The position numbers and the translations under genes were made by a program. From an uncultured delta proteobacterium (GTDB lineage Bacteria; Desulfobacterota; Binatia; UBA9968), in contig CAVSHR010000006.1 of the NCBI GenBank assembly GCA_963727625.1, positions 96,001-160,000 of the forward strand: a DNA stretch of 64,000 nt, given 5' to 3'. This document shows, one piece after another, positions 20,923 to 31,353 of this stretch (position 1 is its first letter; each line of letters begins with the position of its first letter). The notes under the pieces were generated by a model, which made no database searches, had not been told where the DNA came from, and worked only from the letters and a program-made list of their open reading frames with translations.

Positions 20923-20958
20923 GTTCAAAACGTTCAAGCCGTTCAAATCGTTCAAAAC
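20923..20958 (+). repeat. Tandem 9-mer repeat (GTTCAANNC) x4
   Basis: gttcaaaac gttcaagcc gttcaaatc gttcaaaac. Confidence 0.8.
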
Positions 20959-20986
20959 GTCGGAAAAAAATTTCAGCAACTTGAGC

Positions 20987-21020
20987 AAAAAAAGGCCACT
21001 CCTTGTGGGTGGCCTTTTTT
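20987..21020. terminator. Intrinsic terminator after the cupin gene (bidirectional shape)
   Basis: aaaaaaaggccactc-cttgt-gggtggcctttttt hairpin with A and T tracts. Confidence 0.8.
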
Positions 21021-21046
21021 ATCTGGTTAAACCTAGCGTCGAGTGA

Positions 21047-21538
21047 TCAGCCCGCGGATTCGGCGAAAAAGGTGCCGGCTTCGATGGGCGGCAGATTGCG
21101 ATTCTCCGGCGTTCCGCTCACCAGCGGTTTGCCGTCGGCGCCGAGACGCATTTCCTGGCCGCCTTGTTGTTGCCCTTTGACGCCGGCGCCGACGCGGATC
21201 ACCACCAGATTGCCCTCGCCGGTGTTGAGATAGCGGTAGTAGGCGCCCTTGGGGATCATCACGCCCTGGTACTGTTTTACTTCGATCTCGCCGCCGTTTT
21301 CATCGAATACGCTCATCTGGCCTTCCAGGACGATGAACGCGTGATCTTCATCCATGTGCTTGTGAATTTCGTTCTCGCCGCCCTCGGCGTTGATCTTGGT
21401 GTGAATCCACATATTCGCCGTCTCGGCGACGAGTTGGGTGACCCGGCCCTGCTTCATATAGGGGGTTTTCAATGAGAAGAGCTGAGTCTTCGGTTTGTCC
21501 TGCGAGGTTAACTTGGCTGCTGTGACGCTGGTTTGCAT
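21047..21538 (-). CDS. Cupin domain protein
   Basis: GGENEIHKHMDEDHAFIVLEG, GVMIPKGAYY. Confidence 0.85.
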   Translation of the reverse strand: MQTSVTAAKLTSQDKPKTQLFSLKTPYMKQGRVTQLVAETANMWIHTKINAEGGENEIHKHMDEDHAFIVLEGQMSVFDENGGEIEVKQYQGVMIPKGAYYRYLNTGEGNLVVIRVGAGVKGQQQGGQEMRLGADGKPLVSGTPENRNLPPIEAGTFFAESAG

Positions 21539-21576
21539 GATTTTTCTCCTTAGGTGTTTTTGTGCTCAAATGAGAT

Positions 21577-21603
21577 AGACCCTTCGCGTTCGCTCAGGGT
21601 GAC
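21577..21603 (-). repeat. REP-like element (CCTGAGC...CGAAGG type)
   Basis: Reverse strand GTCACCCTGAGCGAACGCGAAGGGTCT; a related copy lies at 61405-61427. Confidence 0.55.
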
Positions 21604-21625
21604 ATGCTCCTGCAGAAGGAGCATG

Positions 21626-22684
21626 TCAATTATTTATTCCGTCGATCTTCAGATCGTAAAGCTTGATCACGTTTTCGCGCACGACTTTGCGGAGCACATC
21701 CTTGGGCAAGTGGCCGAGCTCTTCGGCGATGACCTTGCGTGAGTGCGGCCAGGGCGATGCGGCGTGCGGGTAGTCGTTCGACCACATGAACGTGTCTTGG
21801 CCGTAGCGATTCATCAACTGACCGCCGCAAGGATCGCTGAAGAAAGTCGCGTAAACCTGTTCGTTGATGTAGTCGCCGGGGAGTTTTTCCATGAACGGCA
21901 GCGGAACCTTGGTCTTGAAGCGCAGGTAGTACTTGTCCCACTCATGTTGGTAGAACGGCAGCCAGGCGCACTCGTTTTCGACATAGACCAATTTTAATTT
22001 CGGAAACCGCGCGAGAACGCCGGTGAATACGAGGTCGAATAAAGTATTCGCCGCGTCGTTGACTTTGTCGTTGACCGCGGTTTTGTAGGTATCGAGTCCC
22101 TTGCGCTCGAAGCGGCTGTAATTGAAGCCGGTGAGGATATGCAGGTTCACCGGTATGTTCAATTCCGCGGCGGCTTCCCAGAACGGGTCGTAGTAGTCGG
22201 TCTTGAATGACAGATGCTCGGGCGGCACTTGCCAGATCAGGCAGCCGACCATGCCGGCTTTCTTGCAGCGCTCGAGCTCCCTGATGGCGTTCTTGATGTT
22301 GTAGAGCGAGATCATCGGGATGCCGATCAGACGCCCCGGCGTCACTTTGCAGTAGTCGATCATCCAGTCGTTGGCAATTTCAAAACAGGCTTTCTGGCAC
22401 TCGGCGTCTTCCATGGCGAACAACCGCAGCCCCAGGGTCGGATAAAGCACTTCGGCGGAGACGCCGTCGGTTTCCATCTCGCCGATGCGCGCCTTAGGGT
22501 CCCAACCGCCGGGCTTTTCGCCGGGCGAGTTGCGCTTGGGGAATTTCGGATACCGATCCTTTAATGACGGCGGAAGATTCTTGATCCACAGGTCTTCCGG
22601 CTCCTGAATATGGGAGTCCGCCGAGATGATCTTTTCTCCCGCCAGCACGGTTTCCGGCGTGTAGGTGGCTGCGGCTGTGCTCAT
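21626..22684 (-). CDS. Amidohydrolase-2 family protein
   Basis: ISADSHIQEP, NLHILTG, VENE, WSNDYPH. Confidence 0.9.
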   Translation of the reverse strand: MSTAAATYTPETVLAGEKIISADSHIQEPEDLWIKNLPPSLKDRYPKFPKRNSPGEKPGGWDPKARIGEMETDGVSAEVLYPTLGLRLFAMEDAECQKACFEIANDWMIDYCKVTPGRLIGIPMISLYNIKNAIRELERCKKAGMVGCLIWQVPPEHLSFKTDYYDPFWEAAAELNIPVNLHILTGFNYSRFERKGLDTYKTAVNDKVNDAANTLFDLVFTGVLARFPKLKLVYVENECAWLPFYQHEWDKYYLRFKTKVPLPFMEKLPGDYINEQVYATFFSDPCGGQLMNRYGQDTFMWSNDYPHAASPWPHSRKVIAEELGHLPKDVLRKVVRENVIKLYDLKIDGINN

Positions 22685-22785
22685 GATTGGGCCCTCGCTT
22701 TCGCTCCGACTGATAACGACGATTGGGAGTTTTTACGACTCTGCCAATGGCTACTCACTACGAAAACCGGGTTTAGTTGTCAAAT

Positions 22786-23673
22786 TCACTTGGTTTCGGC
22801 AGGCAATCTGGTGGCGTGCCATGGGATTGGCTGTTTACTTCCCGGCGTCACGGCGCTGCCTTCGATTTTACCGTCGCCAACCTTGCCGGTGAAACGATAC
22901 GGGCTCGAGCCGATGGCGATATCGAAACTGATCTCGTCTCCACGCAAGCGCGAATTGCCAATTTTTAGCGGCCCCGAGATATTTTCCGCCGAAGCATTGA
23001 GCCTCTGATAATCCTGATCGATGGCCATCGCGATCAACTGCCGGTTGGTGCCGCCGGGATCGAGCTCCACGCGCCAGTTGCCAGCGACGACGCTGGGCAC
23101 AATCCAGAGATAGAGGTAGGCCTTATCCGTGCCGTTGGCGTCGACTTTTTCCGGAACCGTCATAGAGAACTGACGGTCGGGATTCCATCCGCTCATGTAA
23201 TAATCGTGCGCCACGATGCGCGCTCCGGGTTTGAGCTCCGATAGCAGCTTGGGTCGAAGTTTTTCCATGAAGTAGGGAATGACATAGAGGGTCACGACGG
23301 TTGCCCGGCTAATATCCGTCTTGAACATGTCTTGCACGATGAATTTGACCCGGCCGGCTACGCCTGCGGCTTTGGCGTTTTTGTTCGCGAGCTCGACCAG
23401 CTTGGCATCGATATCGACGCCCAAGCCGCTGGCTTTGAACTTTTGCGCCGCGTTGATGATCACCCGGCCGTCTCCTGAACCGAGATCGATGATGTAATCT
23501 TTTGCCGTGACATTGGCCATCTTCAACATTTCATCGACGACCACTTGCGGCGTCGGTACGTAGGGAAGCTTGCCCAGTTCCTGGGCGCGCGGCGCGTTCG
23601 GCGCGAGCAACGGAAAGCTCGTCGCCAGCAAACCGGCGAGAATCCATTTTATCGGCGTCAGCCTTGATAACAT
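22786..23673 (-). CDS. Class I SAM-dependent methyltransferase with N-terminal signal peptide
   Basis: PYVPTP, DLGSGDGR, GVDID, LKPGARIVAHDY. Confidence 0.88.
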   Translation of the reverse strand: MLSRLTPIKWILAGLLATSFPLLAPNAPRAQELGKLPYVPTPQVVVDEMLKMANVTAKDYIIDLGSGDGRVIINAAQKFKASGLGVDIDAKLVELANKNAKAAGVAGRVKFIVQDMFKTDISRATVVTLYVIPYFMEKLRPKLLSELKPGARIVAHDYYMSGWNPDRQFSMTVPEKVDANGTDKAYLYLWIVPSVVAGNWRVELDPGGTNRQLIAMAIDQDYQRLNASAENISGPLKIGNSRLRGDEISFDIAIGSSPYRFTGKVGDGKIEGSAVTPGSKQPIPWHATRLPAETK

Positions 23674-23784
23674 AAATCACTCCTTGAGCCGGCCTATTAA
23701 TCCTACTTGTCTGCGAAATTGCAACTCGGCGCTGGCCGCGGCCCGCGCTTCGCTATATAAGCGCATGCTCGCAACGGCTCTGGC

Positions 23785-23813
23785 TTGACGCCTCGGCGAA
23801 ATCCCCCTATTTT
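23785..23813 (+). promoter_or_regulatory. Putative sigma70 promoter for the LLM gene
   Basis: TTGACG-17 nt-TATTTT about 75 nt upstream of the start. Confidence 0.4.
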
Positions 23814-23887
23814 CTAGCTCGCCGTCGGGTTGTTCAGCGGCGCCGGCGGGCGCGGCTCAAACTCGGCCTTGAGGAGATAGAAAACGC

Positions 23888-24922
23888 GTGAAGTTCGGTT
23901 ATTACATTCTCAACACCTATGTTCCGGAGCTGGATGGCGGCTGCAAGGAGCTGTACGGCCACTGGCTCGAGCAGATCGATGCCGCGGAAAGCCTCGGCTT
24001 CGACTCGCTCTGGGTGACGGAGCACCACTTCCGATACTTCGGCGGCATGATGCCGAGTCCGGCGCTGATTCTCGCGGCTGCGGCGCAGCGCACCAAACGG
24101 ATGCGCCTGGGCGCGGCGGTATCGATCTTGCCGATGCATAATCCGCTGCGCGTCGCCGAGGAATTCGCCATGGTGGACCAGTTGTCCGGCGGCCGGCTGA
24201 ATTTTGGCGCTGGGCGCGGCATGCACCCGACCGAGTATGCGGTGTTCGGCTACGACTGGAACGATGCACAAAAGCGTTTGCCCGAGGCGCTCGATATCGT
24301 CAGGCGGGCTTGGCGCGGTGAGGAATTCGAATGGAGGAGCGAGCATTACCACTTCCCCAAGCTTCGAGTCTTCCCGCAACCGTGGCAGCAGCCCCATCCA
24401 CCGATCTACGTGACCGCCAACCGCGATCCGGAAAGCTTCAATATGATAGGCCGGCGCGGCCATCATCTCATGACCCTGCCGTGGATCGCGACCAACGAAG
24501 AACAGCGCCCGCGGATCGAGATGTACTGGACGGCGCTGCGCGAAGGCGGCCACCGGGTCGAAGACAAAGATGTTTTCACCATGTATCCGATCTACGTCGG
24601 CGCCAGCGACGAGCAGGCGCGCGCCGAGGTGATCGAGCCTTGGCATCGCTGGCGCGGTTTCGCCATGGAAGCGCAGAATCTCAAGCCGGAAAACCCCGCC
24701 TACCGGCGCGTCCTGGCTCACCTGGACTACGACGCGATGGTGCGCGACAGCCGCGGTATCTTCGGCGGACCGGAAAGCTGCGCGCGCATACTGAGGCGCA
24801 TTATCGACGTGGTCGGCACGACGCATATCGGTTTAACCTTTCACTTCGGTGGATTGAGCCAAGAAAAAGTTTTGCGGTCGATGGAACGCTGCGCTCGCGC
24901 CGTGCTGCCGGCGCTGCGCTAA
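23888..24922 (+). CDS. LLM-class flavin-dependent oxidoreductase
   Basis: AESLGFDSLWVTEHHF, NPLRVAEEFAMVDQLSGGRL, PWQQPHPPIY. Confidence 0.92.
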   Translation: MKFGYYILNTYVPELDGGCKELYGHWLEQIDAAESLGFDSLWVTEHHFRYFGGMMPSPALILAAAAQRTKRMRLGAAVSILPMHNPLRVAEEFAMVDQLSGGRLNFGAGRGMHPTEYAVFGYDWNDAQKRLPEALDIVRRAWRGEEFEWRSEHYHFPKLRVFPQPWQQPHPPIYVTANRDPESFNMIGRRGHHLMTLPWIATNEEQRPRIEMYWTALREGGHRVEDKDVFTMYPIYVGASDEQARAEVIEPWHRWRGFAMEAQNLKPENPAYRRVLAHLDYDAMVRDSRGIFGGPESCARILRRIIDVVGTTHIGLTFHFGGLSQEKVLRSMERCARAVLPALR

Positions 24923-25050
24923 AATTTGCGCTCGCTCCGGCTAGACGATTCATCCCACCCATCGGTGCGGCGTATTGCTTCACGCGATCTTAAATTGACT
25001 GAAACCGGCTTGCGTGTTACGAACCAAAAAACTTCTGCGAGAGTGAATCC

Positions 25051-26511
25051 TTGAAAGCACCGCAATTCGAAGAGCTCCGGTCCTTGGATCTGCAAAAATG
25101 CTCGGGCGTCGGCGATATCGTTACCGCCATGCGTTACTGCGCCTTCGGCGCCCGCATGCTCGGCGAAGTCGCACAGACGATTTTTGAAATGGTAACGGCG
25201 AAGGATAATCCGATATTGATCTACGGCGGCATCGCCAACGCGCCCCTCGGGCGGTTGTTGAAAAAATTCGTCGTGAAAGGATGGTGCCGCGAGATTATGC
25301 TGCCGTCGGAATACGCCCGGACGAAGCGCCGGGGCGGACAGGTGATCGTTGTCGGCGCGTTTTCCGAGCGCAACGCCCGGGCGATTTATAAGAAACCGGC
25401 GCGGGCCGTGTTCATCAACCCATTCGACATGGCGCGACCGGGGCAGATTCGCGACGGTTTTTTCCCGGATGCGGTGTTCGCCGACCCGCGCTTTGTCATG
25501 CCCGTCCTCGACGCGGTGCTCGACGAATGGCTCAATGGCCGGCGCCGTTCGGTCGGGGCACTGATCGCGATGCTCGCGCGCTACGGTGGTCTCGGCGCTC
25601 AGGTGGCGCGCGGCGCCAAGGCGCTGGAAGCGATGATGCGCGACAAAAACTGCGCGCGCTTTCTGACGATCAGCGGCGCGATGACCGTGGGCAAGATGGA
25701 CCTGATTATCTGCGACATGATCGAGCAGGGCATGATCCATGCGATCTCTTCCACCGGCGCCTTGATGGCCCATGGGCTGGTGTCGTCCATCGGGCTCAAA
25801 CATTATAAATACAACCCCAGGTACAACGACACGGAGCTGGCGCGGCGCAAGCTCAACCGGGTGACCGATACTTTGGAGCCGGAATCCAATCTCGATACGG
25901 TCGAAGAAGTGATCGGCAAAGTGATCGATACCATCGACGGCAAACAACCGCTCAGCCCGACTGCGCTGAACCGGCTCATCGGCAAGCATCTGGCCGAAAA
26001 TTATCCAAACGAGCGGGGCATTTTGAAATCCGCCTATCTCCACAGGGTGCCGGTGTTCGTTCCTGCCTTTGTCGACTCCGAGCTGGGTAACGATATTTAC
26101 ATCCATAACCTCAAGCGGAGGCGCCGCGGCAAGCGGCCGATCCTGATGGATTTGGAGCGCGACAGTAAGGAATTGATCAAGCTCGTCACCGGCGCGAAAC
26201 GCTTCGGTATTTTTTCGATCGGCGGCGGCGTGCCGCGCAATAACGTGCAAAACGTCGCGCCGCTAATCGAGATCATCAACGAGCGGCTCGGTCCGACCTT
26301 TCCCAATCGGCGCTTCAGCTACGGCGTGCGCATCTGTCCCGACAAGCCGCACTTTGGCCATCTGTCGGGCTGCACCTACTCGGAAAACGAATCCTGGCGG
26401 AAAGCCGACAAGAACGGCATCTATGCTGAAGTGCTCGCCGACGCCACGCAGGTGTGGCCGTTTTTGGTCAAATACATCATGGAGCGTAGGGCGGCCGGCA
26501 AGATTGGTTAA
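25051..26511 (+). CDS. Deoxyhypusine synthase-like protein (N-terminally extended)
   Basis: FLTISGAMT, ISSTGA, PVFVPAFVDSELG, IGGGVPRN, GHLSGCTYSENESWRK, ADATQVWP. Confidence 0.88.
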   Translation: MKAPQFEELRSLDLQKCSGVGDIVTAMRYCAFGARMLGEVAQTIFEMVTAKDNPILIYGGIANAPLGRLLKKFVVKGWCREIMLPSEYARTKRRGGQVIVVGAFSERNARAIYKKPARAVFINPFDMARPGQIRDGFFPDAVFADPRFVMPVLDAVLDEWLNGRRRSVGALIAMLARYGGLGAQVARGAKALEAMMRDKNCARFLTISGAMTVGKMDLIICDMIEQGMIHAISSTGALMAHGLVSSIGLKHYKYNPRYNDTELARRKLNRVTDTLEPESNLDTVEEVIGKVIDTIDGKQPLSPTALNRLIGKHLAENYPNERGILKSAYLHRVPVFVPAFVDSELGNDIYIHNLKRRRRGKRPILMDLERDSKELIKLVTGAKRFGIFSIGGGVPRNNVQNVAPLIEIINERLGPTFPNRRFSYGVRICPDKPHFGHLSGCTYSENESWRKADKNGIYAEVLADATQVWPFLVKYIMERRAAGKIG

Positions 26512-26565
26512 AAATTACGACGCGAGAGTGCCGCCAAGCTGATCGTCCGCCGCAATACGTTGTTC

Positions 26566-26601
26566 GTTCCAAAGGTTCCAGGGGTTTCAGTCGTTCTAAT
26601 T
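26566..26601 (+). repeat. Degenerate tandem 9-mer repeat x4
   Basis: gttccaaag gttccaggg gtttcagtc gttctaatt. Confidence 0.6.
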
Positions 26602-26630
26602 TTTCCATTCCCGCCGGTTGGAGGAAATTT

Positions 26631-27785
26631 ATGAAACGCAGCACTGATCGGATTCTAGTCACTCATGTCGGCAGTTTGGCGCGACCGATAGATCTGATGG
26701 ACATGCTATTGGCCAGGAACGAGGGCAAGGCTTACGATGCTGCTGCGCTCGCCAAGCGCACGCGTGAAGCGGTGGCGGAGGTGGTGCAAAAACAGATCGA
26801 TTGCGGCGTCGACATCGTCAACGACGGCGAATTGGGCAAATCAAACTTTTCCCGCTACACCCGCGAGCGGTTGAGCGGCTTCGTCGAGCGGGCCGCCGAT
26901 GCGAATTTCAAGCCAACGTCGATCTTTGGACGCGACCTGATCGAGTTCCAGGACTATTTCAACCGCGGCGGCCGCACCGCCATCGGCCATCACGCAAGAG
27001 TTTTTTACTGTGTCGAACCGCTCAAGTATGTCGGCCAGGATGAGGTCAAGGCGGATATTGAAAATTTGAACGCCGCACTGCGGGGCAAACGGGTCGAAGA
27101 GGCGTTCCTTCCCGCGATTGCGCCGGGCACGCTTGAGCATTGGATGAAAAACGAGTTTTACCGCACCGGCGAGGCTTATCTGTTCGCCATCGCCGACGCC
27201 ATGCACGAAGAGTACAAGGCGATCATCGACGCCGGCTTCATCTTGCAGATCGACGATCCCGATCTGGCCGACGCCTGGCAAATGCATCCGGCAATGAGCG
27301 TGGTGGAGTACCGCAAATATCAGGAGATACGCATCGAAGCGCTCAATCACGGCCTGCGCGATCTGCCCATCGATCGGATTCGCTTTCACATGTGCTGGGG
27401 CAGTTACCACGGTCCGCACAAATACGACATCCCGCTCCAAGACATCGTCGATCTGATTCTCAAAGTGCACGCCGGCGCCTATTCCATCGAAGCGTCGAAC
27501 CCCTGTCATGACCACGAGTGGCGCGTGTGGAACGAGGTCAAGTTTCCTGCCGGCAAAGTTTTTATTCCCGGCGTCGTCGGCCACTACAGCGACTTCATCG
27601 AACACCCTCGCGCGATCGCCGATCGTTTGGTGCGCTACGCGAGAATGATGGGACGGGAGAACGTCATTGCGGGTACGGACTGTGGCATTGGCTCGCGTGT
27701 CGGACACCCGCAAGTCGCCTGGGCCAAGTTTCAAGCGATGGCCGAAGGCGCGAGCATCGCGACCAAGGAGCTGTGGGGAAGATAA
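26631..27785 (+). CDS. Cobalamin-independent methionine synthase II family protein
   Basis: THVGSLARP, NDGE, LQIDDP, Zn ligands HMCWG / IEA / GTDCG. Confidence 0.9.
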   Translation: MKRSTDRILVTHVGSLARPIDLMDMLLARNEGKAYDAAALAKRTREAVAEVVQKQIDCGVDIVNDGELGKSNFSRYTRERLSGFVERAADANFKPTSIFGRDLIEFQDYFNRGGRTAIGHHARVFYCVEPLKYVGQDEVKADIENLNAALRGKRVEEAFLPAIAPGTLEHWMKNEFYRTGEAYLFAIADAMHEEYKAIIDAGFILQIDDPDLADAWQMHPAMSVVEYRKYQEIRIEALNHGLRDLPIDRIRFHMCWGSYHGPHKYDIPLQDIVDLILKVHAGAYSIEASNPCHDHEWRVWNEVKFPAGKVFIPGVVGHYSDFIEHPRAIADRLVRYARMMGRENVIAGTDCGIGSRVGHPQVAWAKFQAMAEGASIATKELWGR

Positions 27786-27831
27786 TCGCCGGCGATTGAT
27801 CGAGCGGAGGCGTCAATCGAGCCGCTCGCTT

Positions 27832-28428
27832 TCAATTGGGTTTCGTTAAACCCAATCGCTGGCGGCCGTAGAGTATCACGAGTTGTTCGCGCTCATCCGA
27901 TTCGGGCAGGCTTTTCAAAACATCTTCGATGCGGCCGCGCTCTTCCTGTTTCAACTCGCTCCAGCGCTCCAGGTCTATCTGCAACTTTTCGAATTCGTCC
28001 TTAGAGAGCGGCGGCGCCGTCTCGGTTTTTTCCGTGGCGGAAGTGTCGCTGATTACTTCCGGCTGGGCGCTGAGCACGACGGCGCGGCGCAGGCGGCCCT
28101 GTTCGTCGTATAGCATCGCGAAGTTTTTATAACCGATATTAGAAATCAAGGATCGCACCGCAGGCTCCAGCGGTTGGCGTCGGAGCTTGAGATTCACCAC
28201 TTTGGTGTCGGGAGTCGAAGGAACGACGATCTGAAACCCGGTCTTAGCTTGAATCGCGTGAAGCGCGAAAGTAACCGGCGTTCGGTCAAAGTCGATGGAG
28301 ATCTCGCCATTCCGGTAATCGACCCACGGGCGATAAAAATCCTCACCGTCGGTTTGGGCAAGAGCCGGCGAAATCCGCGATATCCATAGGAGCGCCAGCA
28401 GCGAAATTGTCAGCACACCTGTTTTCAT
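27832..28428 (-). CDS. Exported hypothetical protein (STN/secretin-N-like segment)
   Basis: Signal peptide MKTGVLTISLLALL...ALA; ISIDFDRTPV..AL..I..KTGFQI..VNLKL..PLE.AV..L pattern. Confidence 0.55.
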   Translation of the reverse strand: MKTGVLTISLLALLWISRISPALAQTDGEDFYRPWVDYRNGEISIDFDRTPVTFALHAIQAKTGFQIVVPSTPDTKVVNLKLRRQPLEPAVRSLISNIGYKNFAMLYDEQGRLRRAVVLSAQPEVISDTSATEKTETAPPLSKDEFEKLQIDLERWSELKQEERGRIEDVLKSLPESDEREQLVILYGRQRLGLTKPN

Positions 28429-28613
28429 GGCTTTGACCTCACTAGGGATGAACTGAGCAAAGTCCATACCTCGCTATCCTGTTCCATGAACAGCCAAAAA
28501 ATCCCTATCTTGACTCCATTTTCCCCTTTAAGCGCCAGGGGGTGTTCGGCCCCGGACAAATTTGTGACGACCATTCGTGAATTAACGGAGGGAAATGTGA
28601 GGCTATCTACCGC

Positions 28614-31094
28614 TTAGAGAGATTGGACGGGCACCGGACCCACCCGCCAAATCTCTTGAGCGTATTCCCTGACGGTGCGGTCACTGGAGAATCGTCCCAT
28701 GTGCGCTACGTTCAAGACACACTTGCGACTCCAGCTCTCGGCATCAAGATAGGCGAGCGAAGCTTGCCTTTGACATTCGACGTAAGCTTCAAAATCCGCC
28801 AGAACCATGTACGGATCGCCGCCGTCCAAGAGCGAGTCGACGATCGGCTGGAAGAGTCCAGGTTTGTCGTTTGAGAAAAAATTACCGGCGATCATATCGA
28901 TGACCCTTCTGAGCTCGGCGACGTTGTCATAATAGTACCGGGGTTGATAGCCGGTGCGCTTCGCCGCGCGCACTTCCTCTGCCTTGAGGCCGAAGATAAA
29001 GATATTTTCGGCGCCGACTTCTTCGAGAATCTCGACGTTGGCCCCGTCCAATGTGCCGATGATCAAGGCGCCATTGAGCGCGAATTTCATGTTGCTGGTG
29101 CCCGAGGCTTCGCTTCCTGCGGCCGAGATTTGCTCGGAGAGATCCGCTGCCGGGATGATCTTTTCCGCCAACGAGACGCCGTAGTTTGGAATAAAAACGA
29201 CCTTCAAAAAGGGTTCGACGTCGGCGTCGCGATTGATCCGATCGGCCACCGCAGTGATGAGCCGAATAATCAGCTTGGCCGTGAAATATCCCGGCGCCGC
29301 CTTGCCGGCGAAAATCGCGGTTCGAGGAATGATGCGGGCGCCGGCCTTGATACGATTGTAAAGATAGATCAGATGCAAAACGTTCAGCAACTGCCGCTTG
29401 TACTCATGAATTCTCTTGACCTGGCAATCAAAGATCGAATCGAGTCGAACCGCGATTCCGGTTTTCTGTAAGATCACCGCGGCCAGATCGCGTTTGTTGG
29501 CGCTTTTTGCCTGCCGCCATTGGGCGAGGAACGTGGCGTCTTCCGCGAGCGGTACCAGGCCGCGCAAGGAGTTTAGATCGGTGATCCATCCTTTGCCTAA
29601 ACGGCGGGTAATCAACCGGGAGAGCCGCGGGTTGGAAAGCAGCAGCCAGCGCCGCTGGGTGATACCATTGGTTTTATTGTTGAAACGTCCGGGATAAAGC
29701 TCAAAAAAATCGCTGAAGAGTTCTTCCTTTAGAATTCTCGTATGGAGATTCGACACGCCGTTGACCGAATAGCTGCCGACGATGGCCAGGTTCGCCATGC
29801 GGATTCTTTTTACCCCGTTCTCCTCGATCAGAGACATGCGCTGCAGCCGTTCCGTGTCTGCGACAAAACGGCGCGCCACTTCGTCGAGAAATCTCCGGTT
29901 GATCTCATAGATGACGTCCAAAATACGCGGCAGGACTCGCTCCAGCAGCGACACCGACCACTGCTCTAAAGCTTCCGGCAGCACTGTATGGTTCGTGTAG
30001 GCGAACGTTCGCGTGGTGAGATTCCAGGCGCATTGCCAATCAAGATTGTGGCGGTCGACCAAGAGGCGCATCAACTCGGCAATCGCCAGCGCGGGATGAG
30101 TATCGTTGAGCTGGATGGCGACCTTGTCGGGTAAGGCATCGAAAGTGTCGCGGGTCTTGAGATAGCGCGCGAGAATATCCTGCAATGTGGCAGAAACGAA
30201 AAAGTACTCCTGGCGCAAACGCAGCTCTTTACCCGCCGAAAAGTTGTCGTTCGGATAGAGAATCTTGGAGATGGTCTCCGTCTTGTCTCGGTCCTCGACC
30301 GCGCGCAGATAATCACCATGATTGAAATAATCCAAGTCGAATTCGCGCGTCGACTTGGCAGACCACAGTCTAAGATTGTTTGCCGTGCCGTTGCCGTAGC
30401 CTGGAATGGGAAAATCATAGGCCATGGCGATGACGTTATCGGTATCGAGCCATTCAGTCCGTGGTCCTCGACCATTCTCCGAGTGCACAACCCGGCCGTA
30501 GAACTGCACTAGATAAATCCGTTCGGGTCGCGGAATTTCCCACACGTTGCCGTAACGGAGCCAGTTATCGGGGGTTTCAACTTGCGCTCCGTCGCGGATT
30601 TTTTGAAAAAAAATCCCGTACTCGTAACGTATGCCGTAACCGTAAACAGGCAGCTCCAGGGTTGCCAGCGAATCGAGAAAGCAGGCGGCGAGCCGGCCCA
30701 AGCCGCCGTTGCCCAACCCAGCATCCCATTCCACCTCGCGCAGATCTTCAAGCCGATAGCCGAGCTCGCGCAGCGCCTGGGCGGACTCGTCGAAGCGCTG
30801 CAGGTTGATCAAATTGTTGCCGAGCAGCCGCCCCAGGAGAAATTCCAAGGATAAATAATACACCCGCTTCGCATCCGCTTTATCGTAAGTTTGCTGGGTA
30901 TTCAGCCAGCGGTGGATCAGTTGGTCGCGGACGGTAAGGGCCAGGCTCTCGTAACGGCCCAGTTGGGTTGCAGTGTATTGATCTTGGGCGAGGGAGTCGG
31001 TTAGATGGCGCTGGAACGAGTCTTTCAACCCGGGGACCCAACGGCTTGGGTCTACACTGGAGATCTCAGCATCATCTGTTTTGCCATTGGGCAT
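28614..31094 (-). CDS. glgP: Glycogen/starch phosphorylase
   Basis: YYLSLEFLLGR, LGNGGLGRLAACF, QLNDTHP, KRIHEYKRQ, PLP site EASGTSNMKF. Confidence 0.97.
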   Translation of the reverse strand: MPNGKTDDAEISSVDPSRWVPGLKDSFQRHLTDSLAQDQYTATQLGRYESLALTVRDQLIHRWLNTQQTYDKADAKRVYYLSLEFLLGRLLGNNLINLQRFDESAQALRELGYRLEDLREVEWDAGLGNGGLGRLAACFLDSLATLELPVYGYGIRYEYGIFFQKIRDGAQVETPDNWLRYGNVWEIPRPERIYLVQFYGRVVHSENGRGPRTEWLDTDNVIAMAYDFPIPGYGNGTANNLRLWSAKSTREFDLDYFNHGDYLRAVEDRDKTETISKILYPNDNFSAGKELRLRQEYFFVSATLQDILARYLKTRDTFDALPDKVAIQLNDTHPALAIAELMRLLVDRHNLDWQCAWNLTTRTFAYTNHTVLPEALEQWSVSLLERVLPRILDVIYEINRRFLDEVARRFVADTERLQRMSLIEENGVKRIRMANLAIVGSYSVNGVSNLHTRILKEELFSDFFELYPGRFNNKTNGITQRRWLLLSNPRLSRLITRRLGKGWITDLNSLRGLVPLAEDATFLAQWRQAKSANKRDLAAVILQKTGIAVRLDSIFDCQVKRIHEYKRQLLNVLHLIYLYNRIKAGARIIPRTAIFAGKAAPGYFTAKLIIRLITAVADRINRDADVEPFLKVVFIPNYGVSLAEKIIPAADLSEQISAAGSEASGTSNMKFALNGALIIGTLDGANVEILEEVGAENIFIFGLKAEEVRAAKRTGYQPRYYYDNVAELRRVIDMIAGNFFSNDKPGLFQPIVDSLLDGGDPYMVLADFEAYVECQRQASLAYLDAESWSRKCVLNVAHMGRFSSDRTVREYAQEIWRVGPVPVQSL

Positions 31095-31353
31095 GCGGGC
31101 GATCCTCCACTGGATGACATTTTAAGCAGCTCTGATTCAAGCATTGTACTGTGCTGTGATGTGGCGGTAAACGCTAATAAACGATCGACGTAATGGCCTT
31201 GCCAAACAGTGCGCTCGCTCAGCGGCCTGGCAACTCGCAGGCGCCCGATAAATGGCTTGAAGATTTCACCGAATCCCGGGTCGTCCGGGGTGGTGATGAT
31301 GTCGACTCAATGACGAGGCCCGCAGTCGAGGGCATCGTTCGCGCGTCGTCGAG

